This document shows, one piece after another, positions 1 through 15,149 of a stretch of 64,000 nt of DNA. The DNA is from the human T2T-CHM13v2.0 reference genome, Homo sapiens: NCBI RefSeq assembly GCF_009914755.1, contig NC_060925.1. One strand, given 5' to 3'. Each line of letters opens with the position of its first letter. The stretch's first letter is position 1. Position numbers and translations under genes: made by a program. The notes below the pieces were generated by a model. That model did not search any database and was not told where the DNA came from. It saw nothing but the letters and a program-made list of their open reading frames with translations.

Positions 1-799
1 CAACCTAGGAGGGAGAAACATAATTTTAAATTAAGAGCTGAAGCATTCTTGTCCTAACAGAAAGCAAGGAAAACGAAATATCACACCACAGGAGGGATTT
101 CACAAATTTGTGTCAACATCAAAACCTTAAAATAGGCAAGGAGAATGCAGATTCACAATGAACTCTTGTACTTGTTTTGTTCAGAGAAGAGATGGTTCTG
201 AGAGAATGACAGTGAACTAACCCCAGCTGGTTTAGTTGGTGCTTTCAACTGCTGCTTCTGATCAACTCCTTTAGCTAGAATAAATTGATGAGGAGTTTGG
301 CATGTGGTATTAGAGATGGTTATTAATTTTTTCCTCTTATTTGCATTGTTCAATATAGTAAATACTAGCTGTATATGGCTACTTCAATTCAAATTAATTA
401 TAATGAAATATACTTAAATATTGAACTTTTTAGTCACTCTTGGTTCATTATTGAATACCTTCAGCTAAGATTTCCCAAGTAAAGACACTAAGAGGTGGCT
501 TAGTTAACTGGTCGTCCACAAATATTGAAGCTGTTCTTAACTCCTGATATATTCTCTGCAAAGAGAATATTCATGAGCCTCCTCCTGAAATCAGCAGCCT
601 AGAGATAGTTTTATAAACGGGATACAAGTTGGAAATCTATATACTCTTTAAGTGTTTGAAATATTAGCTTCCCAGGGAAGAAAATCAAATTCATAAGATA
701 TGTTAGGACAATTTAACCCAAGATGTTCAAAACTGAAATGACATATTCTACAACATGTGATAAAACCACCCCCTAACAACTTAAAGCAAAACAGGGATG

Positions 800-1170
800 G
801 ACCTTAAAGACCTGCCTTTTCCTCATCCCCCAGCCAATCAGTTTTCAAATCTTGCATTTTATTTTGAAAGGTCCTTACCCCGCTGGTCTCTTGTTTCTAG
901 ACTTGGCATATATTTAAGTTTGTTACCTCTCTCTACTGACTTTTCTCTCTTCAAACAGTATCTATGCCTGCCAAATGTGAACATACAAAAAACAAATCAG
1001 AATGTGCCATTCTGATTTAAACTACTTATTAGTTAATACCCTCAAGATAACATCTGGGTTCTTAGCTTCAATGAGTCAAGCCTACTTACATCTTTTTTTG
1101 TCTTTGGCTGCATATTTCCTATCACATCGCACTCCAGCAATGCCAAGCTGTGCTGGTCTTCTACCCCATC
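800..1170 (+). mobile_element. Highly degraded L2-like fragment
   Basis: Weak resemblance to the L2 3' region (ccaatcag...caaatcttgcatttta; aaacaaatcag...actccagc). Boundaries approximate. Confidence 0.3.
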
Positions 1171-1184
1171 TCCATTATTTTGTC

Positions 1185-1720
1185 CTCCGCCGCCGCGCCT
1201 TTGTGCCCCCACCCCGCCTCGGCTTTTTGCCGCGGCTCTGAGGGCGGGAGCAGCAGACTCGGCTGCCAGCTCTACTGGCGTCCGGGCAAGGGCAGCGCCG
1301 AGGTGTGCTCCTGGTCCAGCTCTCCTGGCTCAGGGATTCATTGCCTAGGTGCTGGCGCCCGGGGCTCCTTGCCTAGGCCCCTGTGTCCTGCATAGAGCGA
1401 CACTGCCTGCAGAGGCGATGGGAGAGAAGAAGGAGGGCGGTGGCGGGGGTGATGCGGCGGCCACGGAGGGTGGCACAGGGGCTGCGGCCAGCCGAGCGCT
1501 GCAGCAGTGCGGGCAGCTCCAGAAGCTCATCGTCATCTTCATTGGCAGCCTGTGCGGGCTGTGCACCAAGTGCGCTGTGTCCAACGACCTCACCCAGCAG
1601 GAGATACAGACCCTGGAGGTAAGGGGTTCCGGGACCCGGGCTGAGCTCCAGGAGCGGCCCGGACACCTCCTTTGGGACCCCAGTTCACTCCTGGCCGAGT
1701 TGCATCCTTGAGCTCACGTC
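1185..1720 (+). promoter_or_regulatory. Partly eroded CpG island / KSR1-derived 5' region
   Basis: Abrupt switch from AT-rich to GC- and CpG-rich sequence at ~1185. GC boxes (ccccgcc, gggcggg). Many TpG/CpA dinucleotides at positions where the KSR1 codons would contain CpG. Confidence 0.6.
1388..1618 (+). pseudogene. KSR1: Unprocessed KSR1 pseudogene fragment, coding exon 1 (N-terminus and CA1/coiled-coil part of CC-SAM); KSR1P1-like pericentromeric paralog
   Basis: Translation [77 protein letters not shown] aligns without gaps to recalled KSR1 residues 1-77 ([31 protein letters not shown]...[31 protein letters not shown]), 60/67 identical from Met11. The ATG GAT start is replaced by CTG CAT (1388-1393). 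The exon ends at GAG|GTAAGG (GT 1619-1620). No further KSR1 exon is seen in the window. The symbol given is the parent gene; the exact paralog is not determinable. Confidence 0.93.
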
Positions 1721-2447
1721 ACCCCCTTGGAGGCTTCCCCTCCCTCCTGCACTCGCTGATGCGGCAGCCAGAGGACCCGGGACCAGCCCTCACCTTGGGC
1801 AGGATTTGTGGAGTGGGTGCGTGGTGGGAACTGGGATTGAGGCTCCAGGGTCCCGTGGGGGTGGGGGTGGGCTGCACGAGGACATCCCCTTACCCCCTGA
1901 ATTTCCATCTGGTCCAGCCCTCTCATCTTGTAGGTGAGGAAACCGAAGGCCTGAGGGAGAAATGACTTGCCAGGAACCCCTGTTAAGGAAAATTAACAAC
2001 GTGTGATTATTAAAGAAGAACTGAGTTGGGAGTCAGACCTGGAGGCCTGCACCCTTGGTTAAGACATTATACCACCTTGAGTCTGTCCTGTTGACTGAGG
2101 GTGAGCCACTCCATCCTCATGTGATTGTGGGGTCTTAACCTCAAGGGGTTTCCTGCAGGAAGAAGCAAATGGGTTTGCTTTCCTAGCTCTGTCCAGTATG
2201 TTAGGGACCCTGAGGACTGAAGAGATTCTTGGAGAGCCATCTGGTGTATGTCATGGGTGGGTCTTTTTTGAAGGTCAATCTTCCCAGTGGGCTGGCTCAG
2301 CCCTAATGAACTGTCTTGAATCTTTGGAGTTGTCTGTGTACTTTTAAGGGCTTCTCAGCCTTGCACTAAAAGATCCCCCTGGAAATTAGGTGGGAAAAAC
2401 CTTAACTTTTGTGGGGCATTGTGTTTGTCTTAAAAGTTCATGCACAT

Positions 2448-2710
2448 ATCCAGGTGTGGTGGCTCCCACCTGTTATCCTTTCCTGGATCCCTTGAGCCAA
2501 GGAGTTTGAGACCAACCTGGACAATATAGTGAGACCCCATCTCTACAGAAAATAAAATATTAGCCAGGGTTGATTGTGCACATCTGTAGTCCCAGCTACT
2601 ACTGTGGCTGAGGCGGGAGGAGCACTTGATCCTGCACTGAGCTCTGATCTCACCAGTGTACTCCAGCCTGGGCCACAGAGCAAGACCGTGACTCAAAAAA
2701 AAAAAAAAAA
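2448..2710 (+). mobile_element. AluJ-type SINE with internal deletions
   Basis: caggtgtggtggctc...gagtttgagaccaacctggacaatatagtgagacccc...ctccagcctgggccacagagcaagacc followed by poly(A) at 2695-2710. Confidence 0.9.
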
Positions 2711-2829
2711 GACAAGAAAAATTCTTCAAGATTTTGCATTCTGTCCCACTATCCATTGGTTTTCATGTCAAGATAATGTCAGAAATTCTTTACAATTGCT
2801 TCCAAAAGGAGTAGCCTTTTGATCTATTG

Positions 2830-3020
2830 CACAGGTGTCCAGTCTTTTGGCTTCTCAGGGCCACATTGGAAGACGAAAGCTCCTGGGCCGCACATGAAAT
2901 ACATTAATGCTAAAAACTGCTGATGAGCTTAAAAGAAAAAAGTTTGTGCATAATTTTCATGGTACCCACCACCACAGATAGGCGGAAAAGTCCTTGTAGT
3001 CAAAGGGTTGAACACAGCTG
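2830..3020 (+). mobile_element. MER30 (hAT-Charlie non-autonomous DNA transposon)
   Basis: caggtgtccagtcttttggcttctcagggccacattggaag...ctgatgagct...gggttgaacacagctg. Flanked by 8-bp ATCTATTG (2822-2829) and ATCTAGTG (3021-3028), a hAT-size TSD. Confidence 0.8.
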
Positions 3021-3385
3021 ATCTAGTGTCTTGTCGTCCGTTTTGGCTTTCTCCCTGATTCCAGAATGCAGATAGAGATGTAGAGACATGGTCTCAGTAC
3101 AGCTGTTGAGATAAAAAAATTCGTTGTCATTTATTCCCAAGCACAGCTGTTTCTCATTGCATTGAAAAAGTCTCCATTCAAACTGCTGTCACATATAAAA
3201 CCTATTTATGTAAGTCTGTAATTTTCTGTTGTCTTGGCCTTTGTAAGCAGTAGTGTGTTTTAACCGAGCAAACTGTCCTTCCAAATAATGAAGCCGAAGT
3301 CAGCCTACCTACTTGCCATTTTTCTTCCCCTTCCATTTTTGTACCCTCAGAATAATTGTAAGAATGAATTAAGATTTGTGTTTAA

Positions 3386-3540
3386 GGCCAAGCACAGTGT
3401 CTCAGGCCTGTAATCTCAGCACTTTGGGAGGCAGAGACGGATGTATCGCTTGAGCTCAGGAGTTGAAGACCAGCCTGGGCAACATACTGAGACTCGGTCT
3501 TGTATAATTTAATTAAAACTTAAAAAAAGAAGAGAAAAAG
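3386..3540 (+). mobile_element. FLAM / free left Alu monomer
   Basis: ggccaagcacagtgtctcaggcctgtaatctcagcactttgggagg...gcttgagctcaggagttgaagaccagcctgggcaacata, then an A-rich tail with no right arm. Confidence 0.85.
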
Positions 3541-4405
3541 AACCGTGTTTAAAATTTAAAAAAAGGGGGGAAAGTGTAATGCAAAATGTGAACTATGCCA
3601 GCTATGATTGGGAAATCTAGTTTTTCATACAGCATTATCTGTAGACTTGTATTAGCAGCATACTGGTCATAAGCATTTTGCTTTCCTCAAATATGATGAG
3701 GTAAGCTAATTTAAAGTGTGCTGGGGCTTTCTGCCGCATGGCTCCTGGAGGTGTTGAGTCCCAATTTAGCCAATTAATTTAGGTTTAGTTTTGACGTGGA
3801 TAAAGGAGACCAGCTTCATTCATCGTGTACACACAGTTTTGCCCAATGAGGAAACAAAAAACCACCTGAATGTTCCTACTCATTAGATGCTATCTGGAGA
3901 GCTCCTACCCCACCCCCACCAAGGCCTGGGCCATTAAAAAGACTCAATGCAGCCTTTCTGTATCTCATACTGTATTCTGCAAGATACTCCTGTGAAAGAA
4001 AGTTGTGCTGCATCAGCTATCTCCCTCCTGAAGATCCCTGCGGATGAGGATTTGTGTTTTGAAAGTTCTGAGAATTCCTGCAACAACAATTCTCAAACTT
4101 ATTTGTCCATGGGATCTTTTCTTCCACTGAATGTAGTTGGGGAGACACGGCCTTAAGCCTTGAGCAGAGAAAGAGACAAGAAACTGTTGGCTCACTTACA
4201 ACCAAGTGTTGTGTTTATGTTTTAGGTTTTTATGAAACTGAGGTGCTGTTTGAGGTTCTAAATGAAATTGGGTGGTTGAAGAGAGGCTGGTATCCCTGTA
4301 GACTTAGCCAGCCATGAGAAGTTGCCTTTTGTTGAAGGAGGTGTTTTAGAAAGGGAAATAGGGTGTCTCCTGGGCATCGCATTAGCAATTAAATACATGT
4401 ATCAC

Positions 4406-7398
4406 TGAAATGAAATGATGAAATGATGAAATGAAACGAAATGATGAAATGAAGAAATGAAATAATGAGATGAAATGATGATGAAATGAAATGATGAAAT
4501 GGAATGATGAAATGAAATGAGGAAATGATGACATGAAATGGTGAAATGAAATGAAATGAAATAATGAAGTGAAATGAAATGAAACGATGAAATGAAATGA
4601 AAAGATGAAGTGATGAATTGAGGAAATGATATGAAATGATGAAATGAAATGAGGAAATGAAGTGAATGATGAAATGATGAAAAAATGAAATTAAATGATG
4701 AATTGATGAAATGATGAGATGAAAAGGTGAAATAAAACGAAATGATTAAATGAAATGAGGAGATGAAAAGATGAAATGAAATGATGAGATGAAATGAAAT
4801 GATGTGATGAAATGATGAGATGAAGTGAAATGATGAAATGAAATGATGAGATGAAATGAAATAATGCAATGTAAGATGATATGATGAGATGAAGTGAAGT
4901 GATGAAATGATGAAATGTAATGAAATGAAATGGAATGATGAAATGAAATGATGAAATGAAATTGTGAAATGAAATGAGGAAATGAAATGGAATGATGAAA
5001 TGAGGAAGTGAAATGATGAAATGATGAAATGAAAAGATCAAATGGTGAAATGAAGAAATGATATGAAATGATGAAATGAAATGAAATGATGAAGTGAAAT
5101 GATTAAATGATGAAATAATGAAATGAAATGATGAAATGATGAATTGATGAAATGATCAAATGAAATGACGAGATGAAAAGATGAAATGAAATGATGAAAT
5201 GACAAAATGAAAAGATGAAATGAGATGAAATGATGAGATGAAATGAAATCATGAGATGATGAAATGATGAGATGAAGTGAAATGATGAAATGATGAGATG
5301 ATGAAATGCAAGAATGAGAAGAAATGATGAAATGAAATAATGAAAGGATGAAATGATGAGATGAAATGATGAAAGGATGAAATGAAATGATGAAATGAGG
5401 AAATGAAATGATGAAGTGAAATGATGAAATGATGGGATGAAAAGATGTAATGATGAAATGATATGAAATGATGAAATGATGACATGAAGTCAAATGATGA
5501 AATGATGAAATGATGAAATAAATGAAATGAAATGATGAAATGAAATGAGATGAAATGATGAAATGATGAGATGAAAAGATGAAATGAAATGAGATGAAAT
5601 GAAATGAGATTAAATGAAATCATAAGAAGAAATGATGAAATGAGATGAAGTGAAATAACGAAATGAAATGTGGAGATGAAGTGATGGAATGAAATGATGA
5701 AATGAAACAATGAAATGAAGTGCAATGAAATGAGATGAAATGTTGAGATGAAATGATGAATTGATTAAATGAGATGAAAAGATGAAATGAAATGAAATGA
5801 TGAAATGATGAGATGAAAAGTTTAAATAATGAGATGAAATGAAATGATGAGATGAAATGAAATCATGAGATGAAATGTTGAAATGATGAGATGAAGTGAA
5901 ATGATGGAATGAAATGAAATTTTGAGATGAAATGATGAAACGAAATGAAAGAATAAAATGAAATGATGAAATGATGAGATGAAATGAAATGAGATGAAAT
6001 GATGAAATGATGAAATGAAATGATGAGATGAAATGAAGTAACGCAATGAGAGATGAAATGATGAGATGTAGTGAAATGATGAAATGTAATGAAATGTTGA
6101 AATGGAATGATGAAATGAAATGATGAAATGAAATGGTGAAATGAAATGAGGAAATGAAATGATGAAATGAAATGATAAGTGAAATGATGAAATGAAATGA
6201 TGAAATGATGACATGAAATGAAAAGATGAAATGGCGAAATGAAGAAATGATATGAAATGATGAAATGAAATGAAATTATGAAATGAAGTGAAATGATGAA
6301 ATTATGACATGAAATGAAAAGATCAAATGGTGAAATGAAGAAATGATATGAAATGATGAAATGAAATGAAATTATGAAATGAAGTGAAATGATTAAAGGA
6401 TGAAATAATGAAATGAGATGAAATGATGAATTGATGAAATGAAATGATCAAATGAAATGACGAGATCAAAAGATGAAATGAAATGATGAAATGAAATGAT
6501 GAAATGAGATGAAATGATGAGATGAAATGAAATCATGAGATGAAATGATGAGATGAAGTGAAATGATGAAATGATGAAATGACGAAATGCAACAATGAGA
6601 AGAAATTATGAAATGAAATAATGACATGAAAGGATGAAATGATGAAAGGATGAAATGAAATGGGGAAATGAGGAAATGAAATGATGAAATGAAATGATGA
6701 AGTGAAATGATGAAATGATGGAATGAAAAGATGAAATGATGAAATGATATGAAATAATGAAATGATGACGAAGTCAAATGATGAAATGATGAAATAAATG
6801 AAATGAAATGATGAAATGAGATGAAATGATGAAATGATGAGATGAAAAGATGAAATGATGAGATGAAATGAAATGAGATGAAATGAAATGATGAGATGAA
6901 ATGAAATGAGATGAAGTGAAATGCCGAAATGAAATGTTGAGATGAAGTGATGAAATGAAATGATGAAATGAAATGAAACAATGAAATGAAGTGAAATGAA
7001 ATGAGATGAAATGATGAGATGAAATGATGAATTGATGAAATGAAATGAGATGAAAACATGAAATGATGAAATGAAATGATGAGATGAAATGAAATGATGA
7101 GATGAAATGAAATGATGAGATAAAATGATGAAATCATGAGATGAAGTGAAATGATGAAATGCTGAGATGAAATGATGAAATGAAATGAAGGAATGAAATG
7201 AAATGATAAAATGATGAGATGAAATGATGAGATGAAATGATGCAATGATGAAATGAAAGGATGAAATGAAATGACGAAATGAAGAAGAGATGAAATGAAA
7301 TGATGAAATGAAAGGATGAAATGAAATCATGAAATGAGGAAATGAAATGAAATGATGAAATGAAATGAAATAATGAAATGAAATGATGAAATAGATGA
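4406..7398. repeat. ~3-kb (GAAAT)/(GAT)-based simple satellite
   Basis: Continuous irregular concatenation of GAAAT, GAT and GAGAT with almost no C on the + strand. It is the source of the F/H/I/S-rich minus-strand ORFs. Confidence 0.97.
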
Positions 7399-7493
7399 AC
7401 CAAAAATACTTATTCAATTTTTTTCTTGGCATCCTTCTAAGAGTATTTTAGTGAGGTTAATTTCTAAAAATAAATTGCTATTCAATGGCTATA

Positions 7494-7864
7494 CAGTTGG
7501 CCTTTGCACCACAGGGGTTTGAACTGTGCACGTCCACTTAGCAAAACCAACAATTCTACATCCTTATCCACACCCTGCCCACGAAAAGGATGAGGATGAA
7601 GACCTGTTTGATCATCTACTTCCATTTAATAACTAGTAAATCTATTTTCCTTATGATTTTCTTTTTCTTTTCTCTGGCATGTTTGTTAAGAATACAGTAT
7701 ATAAGACATATAACATATTAAATATGTGTTAATTGACTGTGTTATTTGTAAGGCTTACAGTAGGCTATTAGTAGTTAAGTTTTGGGGGAGTCAAAGTTAT
7801 AGTGGATTTTCTACTGTGCAGGGGGGCCAGCACCCCAACCTCCGTGTTGCTTAAGGGTCAACTG
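7494..7864 (+). mobile_element. Tigger2a/MER28 (TcMar-Tigger)
   Basis: Terminal inverted repeats cagttggccttt.../...aagggtcaactg, TA on both sides (7492-7493, 7865-7866), internal gaggatgaagacct and agttttgggggagtcaaagttat. Confidence 0.88.
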
Positions 7865-10032
7865 TACATGTTATTTCCTTTCCTGTAAGAGAAAAATGAT
7901 GAGAAGGTCTTTTCTCCAATAAGTGTCTTCAAAATGTAGCAGATGTGAAATGTGTTGGCGCCACCATTTTGCGTCTCACTTTGAAAACTTATTATTTAAA
8001 ATCGTACTAAAGCCTACCTTACTTTTCCAACCTTAGAAAAAATGTTCCAAAGAAAAGGGGTGAAACCAAGCTAGTTTGCCCTGAAATTTGAAATTATCTT
8101 TTAAAAATATATTTTGACATTAATTACTTCCAAAATAGAGATCAGTTGCATACAAAAGGCAGGTCACCCTAATCCACCCTATGACTGCACTTAGATTCAT
8201 GAGGTTTTGTGCCATCTAGAAAGGGCAGAGAGGAGGAATAGAGTGCTCTGTGTCTTGAAATATAAACATGCACATAGCCACATGCTTTGATTCTGTTGTC
8301 ACTGTGTACTTACTGCTAGGAAGAGGGCATGTTTGTGTATTTTTATGCTAATTATTATCCAAGTTGTTAAAGATTTACGCTTTCAGAACCATATAAAGAT
8401 TTTTTTCCTTTCAGATATGAACTATCTTGCATTGTTCTTCTGATCATATGAGGGATAAATTTGCCTAAATATTCTTCAGACCATAATTGTATGTCCATAT
8501 AAACGCCAGTAGCAAGAGTAGAATCAACCACAACTGCCTTTGTAATTATTTAAAGCATGTCTGCCTACAAGTAATTGGCATTTTATATAATCAAGAATCT
8601 TTGATATAATAATCTCTCAACTATTTGAAACATGGCTCACATGTATTAATTTTCTATGCAAATATATATATAATATCAGTGTATATGAAACTGAATTTTG
8701 GACTTTAGAACAGCTTCTTAGAATCCTGACTTAAATGTCTACAGTAATAGTTGGCTTAAAAAAATTTAGCACACTGTCACTATGATGAAAAAAATTACTA
8801 TAAAATATTTAAAAATTTTTTCACCCTAACATTTAGAATATTGTCACATTTGTGGTTAAAACCTATTGTGATTGTTCTTAGAATTTAGATAAAAAATGTT
8901 CCAGAAAGTTTGAAGGGAAGCACCTTAATCAATTTTTAGTTGTTGAAGCATGAAGAAATGGCATTTCATTGACATTTTAAAAATTATTCAGATTCCCTAT
9001 TTGAATTCAAGTGTTTCAAAGATATCTTATTTTAAAATACCAAAATAGGAATAGAATATGAAGGGCTGATTATGAGTAATATGAAACACTTTTATGAGAG
9101 GATGAGATTACAATAACAATACCTCCTCTCATAGAATAGCCAGCAAGTCTCCAATAAATAACAGTGCCTTGATTTTATAGATGTTTAATCATGGATATTG
9201 AGTTAATGTGAACCATTTGTAGACACAGGAGTTTATTAAAGAAATATATAATATCTTTCAAGTATTTAGAATAGTGTTGAAATTAAGCCTGCATCCCCAC
9301 GATTTTCAGCGATGCTGATGCCTAATAAACTCAACCCCTTGCATGCCAAAATTGGCTTAAAGCCCATCTGTTACCCAAGCTACACTTCAAGCATCCAGGT
9401 TCAAAAATGTGATTTTGAATATGCAAGAGTTTGAGGAATTCACTACTCACACTTTCTTGAACAGTCTATCCAAGTGCATCAAGCAAAACGTGAGTAAAGA
9501 AATTTTGACCAAAGGATTGATAGTAATGTTGAATACATTTAATAGTAGATCAAAGATTAAAAGGTGAAAGTGAGGGTGAGAAGAGTGTATGAATGCTTTT
9601 TGTTCTGACAAAGAGAATGTAGCACCCAGGTCCTACCTGCTTGGATGCATTGCCAGTGCCCACGGTAGGTCATTTTATCCAGGTTTTTAGGTTTTGTCTT
9701 ATTTTGTTTGTTTTTTTTTTTCTTTTCAGGAGAGTTAGTCCAAGACCAATATCTCCATAACTGGTAGATTTGGAAGACTTTAATAGTGCTTAACATTTTG
9801 TACATAGCTTTATAACAGTTTTCTTTTTCTTTTTCTCTGAGAGATTCTTTTCAATATACCCTATCATGGTTGAACTCAAAAATCATTGCTTATTTAAAAT
9901 CTACAACTGCTGACGTTTTGTAACGTTCGCATTCCAGGTAATTTTTTTTGTGTGCATTTTCTGTATTTTTCTCCATCAGTCTACCTAGATATTTGTTAGA
10001 TTTAATATTTTAATATTTTTCTGAAAAAGTGA

Positions 10033-10411
<379 letters not shown>

Positions 10412-10599
10412 ATCTCCTTCATTCTTTATGTTTATTTTACTGGTTTTATCTCTCTCTCTCTCACTGTTTCTCTCCTTCTCACATTCACTTTGCAGATGTC
10501 AAATAGCCCAGGTGATGTTACAGATTTACTCCTTATAAAAGGAGGCATTACACATTACACATGCATCTTAGTGGCCTTACAAAAGTGTTTGGTTTATTT

Positions 10600-13200
<2,601 letters not shown>

Positions 13201-15149
13201 CAGGGAATGTGAAATGGGACTAATTAACCTCTGATTCTTCTGTATACTGAGGATATAAATTTTGGTGCTCGCTTTAGGGAGGAGCTCCTGTGTGATGCCC
13301 TATCTTGGGAAACACTATGTGTTTCTTTACTGTCCTATGTTATGTATGACAGAGTAGGAATCTGCACTCATTCATTTTGCTAAATGTCCGTAGGGCAATA
13401 TCAGTTTCGGTGTTTAGGTGTGTTTTGTCTGCTCCCTGCATTCCCATGGTTTTGACCTTATATTTTACTTATTTTTTGTGAACATACCAATGCTTCAATT
13501 TTTTCAACTAATATAATCAACTATACTATAAGAAAGAGATAAATTTAAATAAAACACAAATTTCATGTTTTCCTACTCTAATTGGCTTTTACGTAAAAAT
13601 ACAGGTAAAATTTATTTGTGCTTTTTTCTATTTCTGTTTTGCTATTCTCTGTTTGTCTATGCCTTCACCACACAGACACAATTAGGCAATTTTGTACACT
13701 CTTGGGCCAACTGCTTTCATAGTAACAAAATGTATTTCTCGAACTCCTAGGTATAAAACTCAAGTATCCACAATTTAAATTCTTTTTCGCTCACTTCTAT
13801 TATATTTCCAGTCTCAATAGAAATCGATGCCAATCCAGAAATACAAGCATTATTCTAATACTTCTCACACATTACTGATATAGATTAAATATTCTAGATC
13901 CCCTTAAATACTATCATTTTTCACTACTTGTATCTTAACTGTTAAGTTCAACATTTTCTGTAATATTAATATATTGTGAAAGTTTCCTTACTTTCTTATT
14001 TGTCCCAGGTTCAATGTTTTGCAGTCTCTACCTCATCCTGTGAAGCATAAACATTGTACATGCTGTACAAATAATACATCGTTAATGTACTTAGAGATTG
14101 CACAATTTTTATTTGGTTGACAATAGCTAATGTTTTCTTCTTCATTTTCTATTTCCTGATTTTTCTTTATTTAGTATATACTACATTGTCATAAAAATAA
14201 GATCGTTTTACAAACTAAAGCAAAAGCAACCCTTGGAATAAAATGCACAAATAAAGTATATAAACATACGTTTAGATGTACCACTTACACTTGTAATTTA
14301 TTTAGACCTTTAATTTTAGTACTATTTTAATTAAAGTCTGTGTATTATCTGTCATCGTCTTAGTATTTTTTTATATAACAAATTGTGTAAATCAAAAAGG
14401 CTCAATGTCATTATAAACTATCTTGGCAGAGGTTGATCTCCAAGGAATAATTTATCTCCCAAATTATGTCAATCAGAATTTCACTCTACCGTAATTCTTT
14501 TAATCAGTTTCAGAGGAACAATAAATTTCAAAATTGTTCAACGTACTTCTTTTAGTTCAAGTACCTTTTGACAGGTGTAAAACTGTAGACAGACTGATAC
14601 AAACATATTCTAATTGACTCAAAATTATATGGGACCTATTTTAAAATCTAGATTTTAAAATGCCTTGTCAACATACACATGTTCTCTATGTGAAATAATT
14701 GCTTTTTATTCTCTGGATAGAATAATTTAATCTTTAAACCTTCCATTCACTCTTAGAAACAAAATATTACATAAGGATATGCTTATAAAAATAATTCCCA
14801 AATAGCTTTTCAATTCAGAAATATATGTGAGAAATCATCTAATATCTAATTGATTTCAAGGAGAAATGGGTTAGTAATTTATTCCATATGTCTCAATATT
14901 TCCTAAACTAAAGGCTTCCTTTAAAATAATTGTAGGCATTTAAGAAACCATGTCAACTAAAAAGAAGAAATTGTGACACTGCCGCTCAGGTTTTTTAAAT
15001 CTTTGGACATGATTCAATATATTTTTTAAACTGTATCTTAATTAGACATTGTGAGTTCACCATCTTCCTGTCAGTATAGCATCCAAGCTGATTATCGTAG
15101 ATTTCAAGTTCAACTATTAACTGTGTTCTGAGAGTCTAAAAAAATAAAT

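Noticed and set aside
1349-1711. Functional KSR1 gene or processed pseudogene
   Set aside because: The first ATG is lost, there are many non-conservative changes, and no downstream exon appears before the satellite. The retained splice donor and intron exclude retrotransposition.
1150-1999. Overlapping alternative-frame and antisense ORFs around the CpG island
   Set aside because: Expected by-products of GC-rich, stop-poor sequence. No recognisable protein similarity.
4402-7432. Long F/H/I/S-rich ORFs (up to 299 aa)
   Set aside because: Translations of the CATTT/CAT strand, which rarely forms stop codons. They occur in several overlapping frames.
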